From an uncultured bacterium (GTDB lineage: Bacteria > Planctomycetota > UBA1135 > UBA2386), in contig CBESZZ010000002.1 in the NCBI GenBank assembly GCA_965534055.1, positions 1 to 34,317 of the forward strand: 34,317 bases of DNA, written 5' to 3'. Below are positions 1-7,614 of this stretch, piece by piece; the stretch's first letter is position 1, and every line of letters begins with the position of its first letter. The notes beneath the pieces are model-generated. The model searched no databases. It was not told the DNA's origin and saw nothing but the letters and a program-made list of their open reading frames with translations. The position numbers were made by a program, and so were the translations under genes.

Positions 1-159
1 TGCACAAAGAATCGGGTGTCCACGGGCGCCGCAATCCGCGGCCACCCGTGGTTCCCACGGCTACGGCCAGGCTTGCGGATTGTTGGACCCGGCGTAGTTT
101 CTCTGTGCCGCAAACAACGCCTCCTTGACTGGCTGAGGTCAGGTTCGACACTCGTCGCC

Positions 160-771
160 ATGGGCCATGCTTCGGACCGATCTGCGCTTTCACCACGTCC
201 CGCCGGCGGGCTTGGCTGGCCGTTGGCCATCCTGCTGTGCATCGGGGGACTCGCCCTGACCTTGGCTTTGGGGCGGTGGCTGCACCGTCCGGATTGGCAC
301 ACGGCGGCGAAGATGGTCGTCGAGACCTCGCTCGACAAGAAGGCTCGGGTCGGACTGACCCGCGAGGTCCTCCGCGGCGCCGAACGAAGCTTGGGTTCCG
401 ATCCGGCGGCGTTCGCGTGGGCGGTGGCCGCCGCCCTAAGCCTCGACGATGGCGGCGCGCTGCAGCGACTCGCGGACCACGCGGAGATCGCGGATCCCTG
501 GACTGACGCGTTCGCCGCCGAAGTCATTCGGTCGCTCGAGCACGCGTCGACCTCGGGCGAGCCATCGAAAGTCGAGACCGGCCTAGCGCTGGGCCAGGCC
601 CCCGTGGGGTTGGTGTTTGCCGCGCTTCAGGCGGAGCACGAGGGTCAAGCGATCACGGCGCGGACGGTGTTTCGCAAAGCCCAGTCGGGCGCACGGCTGT
701 GGGCGCTGAGCCAAACCATCCAGTTCGCGAAAGTCGGAATCGCGCGGGCGACCCGTCGAGCGGGCGGGTGA
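160..771 (+). CDS. hypothetical single-pass membrane protein
   Basis: Same frame as track ORF 16..771. The ATG at 160 lies just upstream of one hydrophobic helix (WPLAILLCIGGLALTLALG); the rest is Ala/Leu-rich and helical. Third codon positions are G/C-rich, as in the recognisable genes here. No family recognised. The start could instead be the GTG at 16. Confidence 0.5.
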   Translation: MGHASDRSALSPRPAGGLGWPLAILLCIGGLALTLALGRWLHRPDWHTAAKMVVETSLDKKARVGLTREVLRGAERSLGSDPAAFAWAVAAALSLDDGGALQRLADHAEIADPWTDAFAAEVIRSLEHASTSGEPSKVETGLALGQAPVGLVFAALQAEHEGQAITARTVFRKAQSGARLWALSQTIQFAKVGIARATRRAGG

Positions 772-795
772 TATGGATTCGCTGGGGGCCATTCG

Positions 796-1341
796 ATGTT
801 CGCCCTACTAGCTGAACGCGGCAAGGCGGTTGCCTGGGCACTGGTGGATGGACCCATGGTCGCGGTCGCCAACATCTTTGCGGGTGCGTTGGGCGTGGTT
901 CGCGGCTCTCCGCGGGAGCTGCTCTGCTTCCTTGCGGGCATTTCCTGGTGGCTCTGCGCCCCATTGCAGTGGCCGATCCAGATTGTCCTCGCCGCGATTT
1001 ATGGACGGGGCGTCGCGGTGTGGGTGACCTTCCACGGACGGCAGGTGTTCCGCATCCGCTTGTATGGCTGCACAGGTCGATCCGGTGACGCCTGCGGCTA
1101 TGCCCGCGGCGCGTTCTCACTGCCGGGCTGCATTTGGCTTGGCTATCCCGGCGAATACACCGCAACCGACGGCCGGACTCTGCAGTCCCACGAAGCCGCG
1201 CACCAGCAGACTGCGTTGATGCTCGGGCCGATTTACTACCCTGTCGCGATTCTCGACATCGTGGTGCACGGAGTAATTTCCGATGGTGGGTGGTTGCATC
1301 CGGTCACCGACGGCTGGGACGTCGAAACGCTCAAGTCTTGA
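796..1341 (+). CDS. hypothetical polytopic membrane protein with HExxH (HEAAH) motif
   Basis: ATG-initiated ORF with G/C-rich third positions. It has several hydrophobic segments (MVAVANIFAGALGVV, LLCFLAGISWWLCAPL, IQIVLAAIYG). SHEAAHQQ at nt 1189..1203 lies immediately before a final hydrophobic stretch (LMLGPIYYPVAILDIVV). No family recognised with certainty. Confidence 0.5.
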   Translation: MFALLAERGKAVAWALVDGPMVAVANIFAGALGVVRGSPRELLCFLAGISWWLCAPLQWPIQIVLAAIYGRGVAVWVTFHGRQVFRIRLYGCTGRSGDACGYARGAFSLPGCIWLGYPGEYTATDGRTLQSHEAAHQQTALMLGPIYYPVAILDIVVHGVISDGGWLHPVTDGWDVETLKS

Positions 1342-1393
1342 CCGCAGAAAGTCGATCCCATGGGCCTCTCCACTCCATTTCGGAGCCGACGCC

Positions 1394-2749
1394 ATGGACG
1401 ACACCAGACTGGGCACACTGCTTCTCGAGGGGCAGGTTGTGGCCGAACAGGACCTCGAACGCTGTCTCGAGATCCAAACCCTCACGGGCGGATCCCGCCC
1501 GATCGGACAGATCTTGGTTGAGCAAGGCTTGGTCACCCAGCCTGAGCTCACCAGACTTCTCGAACTGCAGCAGTCGCGGCTGCAAGTCGGACCGATTCCC
1601 GCGGTCAGCGCTCGCAGCCAAGTCTCGCAGGCCGCCGGTGATCCGGACCGTGATGCTGGGTCGAAGCCATACCTGCGTTGGGCCGCGAGCTGCGGCGCCA
1701 ACGAACTCGTGGTGAGCGAGGGGCGCCCGCCGCTCGTAAAGGTTGCGGGTTCTTGGCAGTGCCTCGCAGAGGAGCCGTTGAGTGGACCAGACGTTTGGCA
1801 ATTCGTGCGCTCGGAGATGGGCGGCGATGTGCTGGATGGATTGGCTGAAGCGCGTTGGGTCGAGCGGGACTACTCCCGATCCGGAATCGCGCACGGCAGG
1901 ATGACCGCCTTCCGACACTTCGATGGTGTGGCTGTGCAGGCGACGGTGTTGCCGTTCGAAGCCATCGTGGGGCACGCGGGATCACAGGAACCCACGATCC
2001 CCGACGGCGTGCTCGACACGCTTACCTCGGCGCAAGGGTTGGTCATCGTCGGCACTGACAAGGGCCGCGGTCGTGCGGAGACCTTCGAACGAATCCTTGG
2101 CCGCGTCGCGCAAGACGCGACCAAGCTGATCATCGTGCTCGACGAGTCATTTGAGTACTTGCCCCGGACGCTTCCGGAGAACGAAACGCCGCAGGCTTTG
2201 GTGCAGCGGCGCCTGGTCGGCCCACGCAAAGGTGCTTGGGCTGAAGGGCTTCGTTCCGCGTTGCGCGAACAACCCGACGTGTTGTTGGTCGGTGACGTGG
2301 GAGACCCCGATGCTTTTGACATTGCGCTTCGTGCCGCGGAAGCCGGTCAGCTTGTCGTCGCCGGATTGCACACACGCTCGGTCGTACGCGGCGTGCGCAA
2401 AGTGCTCGACTTCTACCCCTCCTATGAGGTGCCTCGCGTGCGCAATGCTCTCGCCGGGGTGTTGCGGTTCTTCGTTGTGCAGCATCAGGTGCCGGACATC
2501 GACCACGTGACCATGTTGACCGCCAGCGAGCTGTTGATGTTCGACGAGCCCACGCGCGATGCACTGCGCTCGGGCCACCTTGACAGCATGTCGCTGCTGA
2601 TGCGCATGGAAGACGGGGAGCACACGCAGAGTTTGGACCACGGTTTGTTGACCCTGTTGCGCCGTGGAATGGTTCGTTTCGAGGACGTGTTCAACCACGC
2701 CGAAGACAAGGCCAAGATCCTTTCGCAGTCACCGGGAGCCAAGTCATGA
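1394..2749 (+). CDS. PilT/GspE-family ATPase paralog with N-terminal MshEN-like domain and destroyed Walker A (probable pseudo-ATPase / nucleotide-second-messenger receptor)
   Basis: Track ORF 1283..2749; I place the start at the ATG at 1394 (MDDTRLGTLLLEG...). The N-terminus carries two 24-aa MshEN-type repeats. The C-terminal part is collinear with PilT: ALRSALREQPDVLLVGDVGD matches ALRxALRxDPDxILVGEMRD, and AAEAGQLVVAGLHTRS matches AAETGHLVFGTLHTxS. The Walker A position reads GTDKGRGRAET instead of GPTGSGKST. The stop overlaps the next start as ATGA. Confidence 0.8.
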   Translation: MDDTRLGTLLLEGQVVAEQDLERCLEIQTLTGGSRPIGQILVEQGLVTQPELTRLLELQQSRLQVGPIPAVSARSQVSQAAGDPDRDAGSKPYLRWAASCGANELVVSEGRPPLVKVAGSWQCLAEEPLSGPDVWQFVRSEMGGDVLDGLAEARWVERDYSRSGIAHGRMTAFRHFDGVAVQATVLPFEAIVGHAGSQEPTIPDGVLDTLTSAQGLVIVGTDKGRGRAETFERILGRVAQDATKLIIVLDESFEYLPRTLPENETPQALVQRRLVGPRKGAWAEGLRSALREQPDVLLVGDVGDPDAFDIALRAAEAGQLVVAGLHTRSVVRGVRKVLDFYPSYEVPRVRNALAGVLRFFVVQHQVPDIDHVTMLTASELLMFDEPTRDALRSGHLDSMSLLMRMEDGEHTQSLDHGLLTLLRRGMVRFEDVFNHAEDKAKILSQSPGAKS

Positions 2750-3828
2750 GTTCTTCGATTCTCAAAGTTCGCGGCCGAGAGCTGCTCGAAGAGTGGCTCG
2801 TCGAAGTGCAGCGCAACGACGCGACTGCGCTTCACGTGCAGCCCAACGCGGCTCCCTGCATGCGCATCGACTCCAAACTGGAAGCGATTGGTGAGACCAC
2901 CATGCGCACCGAGTGGATCACCGAGCTGCTGCACGAGTTCTTGTTTGCAGACCACCGCGAGCAGCTGGAGAAGACCGGCGCGGTCGACGTGCTCTACGTG
3001 GCTCGCAGCGGTCAGCGCTTTCGCACATGGGTGACGCAGCTGGCCGATGGTCCCGCGCTCACCATGCGTCGCGTGCGCCAAGCCGTGCCAACGCTAGAAG
3101 GTCAACGGCTGCCGGAACTCCTGGCGCACCTCATGCAGTTTCAATCCGGACTGATCGTGGTGTCTGGGTTCTACGGCGCGGGCAAGTCCGCGACCGTCGC
3201 TGCGATGGTTGAACGCATGGTGCGTGCATCCGTGCGCAACGTCGTGACCGTGGAGCACCCCATCGAGTTCGTCTATGAGGCCTCCCGTGCTTTGGTTCAC
3301 CAACGGGAAGTCGGCGCGCACGTCGATTCCATCGCGGATGGAGTGCGCCAGGCAGTGCGTCTTGGCGCCGACGTGGTCATCGTCAGCGAGCTTCCTGACC
3401 TCGCAAGTCTCGAGGCAGTGCTCTACGCCGTGGAGCGTGGACTTCTGGTGCTCACGACCATCGAAGCGGGCAGTGTGGTTGGCACGATGTATCGCCTGAT
3501 TGGAATGGCGCCACCGGAAGAGCGCAGCCGAATGCGCATGCGTGTCGCCGCCGCTCTTCGTGCTGTCATCGGGCAAACGCTGCTTGCCGACAAAGAAGAC
3601 AAGCGTCGTGTGCCCTTGCTGGAGGTTCTCATTCAGAACGAGAGTGCTCGCAGCATCGTCCGGCAGGGCCGGTTCGAAGATCTAGTGTCCGTGATGGAGC
3701 GCGGTCACGGCCTTGGCATGCAGACCGTCGACATCGCGTTGCGCGGCCTGCTGAAGCGCGGGGAGATCACGAAGCAAGAGGCGCTTTATCACGCCGTCGA
3801 TCGCGAGGCGTTCAGGCGTTCGGTGTAG
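2746..3828 (+). CDS. PilT-family hexameric ATPase, divergent (His box lost)
   Basis: Collinear with PilT over its whole length. Matching segments are ATALHVQPNAAPCMRIDS, RFRTWV, Walker A GLIVVSGFYGAGKSAT, Asp box VTVEHPIEF, HQREVG, Walker B ADVVIVSELPD, SARSIVRQG (the AIRNLIRE region) and GMQTVD. ETGH/TLHT is replaced by ERGL/TIEA. The ATG at 2746 overlaps the upstream TGA. Confidence 0.85.
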   Translation: MSSSILKVRGRELLEEWLVEVQRNDATALHVQPNAAPCMRIDSKLEAIGETTMRTEWITELLHEFLFADHREQLEKTGAVDVLYVARSGQRFRTWVTQLADGPALTMRRVRQAVPTLEGQRLPELLAHLMQFQSGLIVVSGFYGAGKSATVAAMVERMVRASVRNVVTVEHPIEFVYEASRALVHQREVGAHVDSIADGVRQAVRLGADVVIVSELPDLASLEAVLYAVERGLLVLTTIEAGSVVGTMYRLIGMAPPEERSRMRMRVAAALRAVIGQTLLADKEDKRRVPLLEVLIQNESARSIVRQGRFEDLVSVMERGHGLGMQTVDIALRGLLKRGEITKQEALYHAVDREAFRRSV

Positions 3829-3830
3829 TT

Positions 3831-3877
3831 CGCGCAGAGCGGCGAACATCGGTGCGCGGAGTCCACGACTCTGCGCG
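3831..3877. repeat. 9-bp perfect inverted repeat (CGCGCAGAG ... CTCTGCGCG) in the 69-nt gap between convergent genes
   Basis: Read directly: 3831..3839 is the reverse complement of 3869..3877, with a 29-nt spacer. There is no U-tract, so it is not a classical intrinsic terminator. Confidence 0.3.
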
Positions 3878-3897
3878 TCACGTCCTCGATGATCGAT

Positions 3898-4800
3898 CTA
3901 CTGTCCGAGCCGTTTGCGCAGCTCTGTAGAGCCCGGGAATCGCCCGACCCCCCGTTCCCAAGTGGTGCGGGCCTTTTCAGCATTGCCGGCCTGCGCATGC
4001 ATGTTGCCCAGGAATAGGTAGGTGGCTTCGTGCTTCGGATCCAGAGGGCTAGCTTCTTGTTGGCCCATGAGCGTGGTGAAGTGCTGAATCGCTTCCGGCT
4101 GCTTGCCCAAGAATGCCGGCTGGTTCGACAACGACATCGCCTTGTTGAATCGTGCGCCCCAGTGGTGATCGTCAAGCTCGAGCGCTTCGTCGAATTGGGC
4201 TTCGGCCAGCTGTCCGTACTTCATCATCCCCGCCATGTCCGAGTTCATCAGGCGCTGCACATAAGCCTCACCTAGGGCGTTTTGCGCACTGGCGTCGTTG
4301 GGGTTCGCGTTGGCCAACGCCTCGTACTGCTTCAAGAGCTCGTCCTGTTGCTCCGGAGTGAGATCGTTCCACCTGGCAGCGATGTCATCCCACTTCATGT
4401 CTGAGTTGGCGCGCAGCTCATCGAACAGCGTCTTGGCTTCAAAATCACTGTTGCTGCTGGCATCCATCGCCTTCGCAAGGGTCTCGGCCGCACCCGGCGC
4501 GTTCGCGCCCATGCTTTCGAAGTGGCGCGCCACCGCGGCGTCGATCATCGCGGCGTCGACGGCTGGCAGTGCCGTGCGCTCAGGTCCGGCGGCTGGTTGG
4601 ACAGCGTTCTTCGTCAGCTGTTCGACTCGCAGCTCAAGGTCCGCAATCCTTGCCGCCGCGGCCGCTTCGGCGTCAGTCTGAGCGACTTCCGGCCCCTGGC
4701 CATCGCGACGCTCTTCGCCGGGTTTCATGAATGTCATGACGCCGACGGAAACGGCTGAAGCGAGCACTGTGGACGTGAGAATGAGTGGGAGAGTTTTCAT
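3898..4800 (-). CDS. signal-anchored / secreted TPR-like repeat protein
   Basis: Track ORF 3898..4893; I place the start at the ATG at 4800 (MKTLPLILTSTVLASAVSVGVMTF), a signal or anchor sequence. A coiled, acidic middle follows. The C-terminal half has TPR-like helix pairs (NALGEAYVQRL, AEAQFDEALELDDHH, YLFLGNMHAQAGNAEKARTTWERG). Confidence 0.7.
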   Translation of the reverse strand: MKTLPLILTSTVLASAVSVGVMTFMKPGEERRDGQGPEVAQTDAEAAAAARIADLELRVEQLTKNAVQPAAGPERTALPAVDAAMIDAAVARHFESMGANAPGAAETLAKAMDASSNSDFEAKTLFDELRANSDMKWDDIAARWNDLTPEQQDELLKQYEALANANPNDASAQNALGEAYVQRLMNSDMAGMMKYGQLAEAQFDEALELDDHHWGARFNKAMSLSNQPAFLGKQPEAIQHFTTLMGQQEASPLDPKHEATYLFLGNMHAQAGNAEKARTTWERGVGRFPGSTELRKRLGQ

Positions 4801-4987
4801 GGGTGATTGGGTGGTAAGAGAGCGTGTCTCATGCGATTGAGCCCCCGGATGATTCGCAGTTCTTGAGCGTTGCTGTGACCGCTGAGCCTTCAAATTCGGT
4901 GAGACCGGAGCCCGAGCTCCAGCCCGTGGGGCGGGCCTTCGCAGCGTTCAGACTCAGCCGGCAACGCGCCCGGCAGTTCGCCGCGCC

Positions 4988-6019
4988 CTACTCCAGCTCC
5001 AAGCCCTTCTCTTCTTCCTCGGTGATGCCTTCGCCGAACGAAGACCCAAGATACACCTGCCGGACTTTTTCGTCGCTCACGATGGTCTTCGCATCGCCTT
5101 CTGCGATTACCTGGCCCTGATACAGAATGTAGGCGCGGTCGGTGATTCGTAGCGTTTCGAGCACCGCGTGGTCGGTGATAAGGATCGAAATGCCGCGGGT
5201 TGCGAGCTGCGCGAGGATCTTCTGGATCTCTTCGACAGTGATTGGATCGACGCCCGCGAATGGCTCGTCGAGGAGGAGCAATTTGGGGTCGGTAGCCAGT
5301 GCGCGACTGATCTCCAGGCGGCGGCGTTCGCCACCGGAGAGGGTTTCCGCGATGGATTTGCGCAAATGCAGCAGTTGGAGTTCGTCGAGCAGTTCTTCTG
5401 CGCGGGCGAGACGTTCGTTGCGCTTGGTGCCGCGGGCTTCGAGCACAGCCAAGACGTTGTCGAGCACGGTCATCCGACGAAAGATGGATGGCTCTTGCGA
5501 TAGGTAGCCCAGGCCGCGCCGGGCGCGGCGATACATGGGCATGCGGGTGAAGTCTTTGCCCTGAAAGAGCACCTGACCCTCGTCGGGCTTGACCATGCCG
5601 ACCACCATGCGGAACGACGTGGTCTTGCCTGCACCGTTGGGGCCGAGCAAGCCGACAATCTCGCCGCGCCCGACGGCGAGACTGACGTTGTCGACGACGC
5701 GGCGGCGCTTGTAGGTCTTGCAGAGTCCTTCAGCGACGAGGATCTCTTCGAACGGCTCCAGGTTGTCGTCGCGATCCACCTCGGGAGCTTGGTCCTCTTC
5801 GCCGAGTTCGAAGTCGGTGCCCTCGAGTTGCCCCTCAAAGTGAGAGTCTTCGTTTACGGCGTCTTCCAGCGGCTCCAACTCCATGAGCGGCTCGAGCTCG
5901 TCTGTAGCAGGCGGGCGGCTTGGCCGTGCCGGGCTCTTTCGCGGCGTGCCGGGGCGCTTCGGCTTTGAGCCGGCAGGGTTCCCGGGCCGACGTGCGGCTT
6001 GCTCACGCGGCTTGGTCAC
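4988..6019 (-). CDS. lptB: LPS export ABC transporter ATP-binding protein LptB with about 100-aa low-complexity N-terminal extension
   Basis: Walker A GLLGPNGAGKTT, YLSQEPSIFRRMTVLDN, signature LSGGERRRLEI, Walker B LLLDEPFAGVD and H-loop ITDH. The track ORF starts at the TTG at 6064. A GTG at 6019 overlaps the lepB stop as GTGA, so I prefer it. An ATG at 5884 is another option. Confidence 0.85.
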   Translation of the reverse strand: MTKPREQAARRPGNPAGSKPKRPGTPRKSPARPSRPPATDELEPLMELEPLEDAVNEDSHFEGQLEGTDFELGEEDQAPEVDRDDNLEPFEEILVAEGLCKTYKRRRVVDNVSLAVGRGEIVGLLGPNGAGKTTSFRMVVGMVKPDEGQVLFQGKDFTRMPMYRRARRGLGYLSQEPSIFRRMTVLDNVLAVLEARGTKRNERLARAEELLDELQLLHLRKSIAETLSGGERRRLEISRALATDPKLLLLDEPFAGVDPITVEEIQKILAQLATRGISILITDHAVLETLRITDRAYILYQGQVIAEGDAKTIVSDEKVRQVYLGSSFGEGITEEEEKGLELE

Positions 6020-7614
6020 CGAATGAAACCCGCGTAGTTGTGGCCAAAGGGTGGGAACGGCCAAAAGCCCAAGAGCGCGCGCCCGAGCATGTGCTCTTTG
6101 GGCACGAACGAAACCTTCGATTCGACCGGGCTCCAGTCGCCGCCGCCGTCCATCGGACGGAAGTGCAACGTGCCACCTTCGAGGTAGTGCGGCGAGAACT
6201 TCGACTTCAATGGCCAGACGTTGCCCAGGTCGTCCAGCATCGACACGCGGTCGCGGTCGGGAAGTGCGATGGGGGTTTCGTCTCTGTCGACCGGTTGGGT
6301 GGGATCGACCGGCCGCTTGTTGCCACGAAGCACCTGCGCCTCTGGGTTGGTCGCCGGGTTCACCATGCTGCCGTCCGGCAGGCGACCGACTTCGATCGCG
6401 GTCCAGCCACGCGAGTCCACCGACTGCAGCGTGTTGTCGCCCATCATGAAGTAGTGCCCTTCTGGCACGTTGATGACGTGCTCGCGCTCGTCAAAGAAGT
6501 TGCGCCACGTGTAGTGCAGATCTCGGTCGATGGTGAGCGCGGCGAGCTTCACGTTGCCGGGCTTCGCCATCGTGCATTCGATCGTCGGCACGCACGCTGC
6601 CGAACCCGTGTCTGGGCGCAAGCCGTCGAGCACGCGGATCGTGGTGTCAAACTCCGCAACCTGCACGCCGTTGAGCGACGCGCGCATCATGTCGTCGCGG
6701 TGAAGGAAGCCAATTTCGGTCGCAGCGCCTGCGGGCACTGCAAAGTCGAACGGGTCAGAGCGTTGCTCTTCTCCGCCGGCTACGCGGGCCACCAATGTGC
6801 CTCGTCCCTTGGCGACTTCGAGAGCGAAGACGATGTCCGGCGTCGCGGGCCGCTGCACCTCAAGCGCTAGCTGCAGTGTTGTCGGTTCTTGATCTGAGGT
6901 GATCGTGACGCGGATCCTGCCATCGACCACGGTTTCCAGCGTCGCATCTTGCATGCGTCCGTTCTGGCTGTTCTCCGCGTCGCGAATTGCCTTGCTGATC
7001 TCGATGGGGTAGCCGTCCCATACCCGGTTGACGAAGCCGCCATCCGGTCGGTCCACGAACCGCAGTCGCGCCGTTTGGCCGGTGCTGAGCTTGGCGGTGA
7101 GTGTCTCTTCGCTGGACGTCCAGGCTCGCCCTGGCGTGCCGCGGAACGCCTTGTCGAGCGGGTCGGTCTCGCCGCGCACGTGCATCCGTCTGGGGAACAG
7201 TTCTTTCCACAGCATCGGTTGGATTCGATCCGGTTTGCGCAGCACGTCGCTGGGTGCCTTGTCCGCACCGAGCTGGTAGACGTTGCCGCCGGCAATGCGC
7301 AGCGAGTCGCCACCGATGCCCAGGATGCGCTTGACGTAGTTCTGGTCTTGCTGCAGCGGGTAGCGGAAGACCGAGACGTCCCAGCGTTTGGGATCGCTGA
7401 ACTCATAGGTAATCTTGTCGACGAGAATCCGACTGTGCACGCCCGCTTCGCTCGATCCCATGAGGGTCGGCTGCATGGACGACGTCGGGATTTGAAACGC
7501 TTCGATGGCGAAGTATTTCATGAGCACGGCTGCCATCAGCGCGACGGTCAGTGCTTCCAGGTTATCGCGCACGGCACCGCGCACCTTGCCGATCTTCTTG
7601 CTCATATCAGCCAT
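6016..7614 (-). CDS. lepB: signal peptidase I (large form)
   Basis: N-terminal TM (ALTVALMAAVLMKYF), box B SSMQPTL (Ser nucleophile), box C VSVFRYP, box D YVKRILGIGGD (general-base Lys) and box E GHYFMMGDNTLQSVDSRGW. It lies directly downstream of lepA, as in many bacteria. The start is the ATG at 7614 (8-nt overlap with lepA) or the ATG at 7605 (better spacing from GGAGAGG). Confidence 0.9.
   Translation of the reverse strand: MADMSKKIGKVRGAVRDNLEALTVALMAAVLMKYFAIEAFQIPTSSMQPTLMGSSEAGVHSRILVDKITYEFSDPKRWDVSVFRYPLQQDQNYVKRILGIGGDSLRIAGGNVYQLGADKAPSDVLRKPDRIQPMLWKELFPRRMHVRGETDPLDKAFRGTPGRAWTSSEETLTAKLSTGQTARLRFVDRPDGGFVNRVWDGYPIEISKAIRDAENSQNGRMQDATLETVVDGRIRVTITSDQEPTTLQLALEVQRPATPDIVFALEVAKGRGTLVARVAGGEEQRSDPFDFAVPAGAATEIGFLHRDDMMRASLNGVQVAEFDTTIRVLDGLRPDTGSAACVPTIECTMAKPGNVKLAALTIDRDLHYTWRNFFDEREHVINVPEGHYFMMGDNTLQSVDSRGWTAIEVGRLPDGSMVNPATNPEAQVLRGNKRPVDPTQPVDRDETPIALPDRDRVSMLDDLGNVWPLKSKFSPHYLEGGTLHFRPMDGGGDWSPVESKVSFVPKEHMLGRALLGFWPFPPFGHNYAGFIR

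Noticed and set aside
141-160. GGTTCGA string reminiscent of a tRNA T-arm.
   Set aside because: There is no complementary T-stem, acceptor stem or anticodon arm around it.
1394-3828. Type IV pilus or type II secretion locus.
   Set aside because: Only the two ATPase-like genes are present. No pilin, platform (PilC/GspF), alignment complex or secretin genes are seen in the 34 kb.
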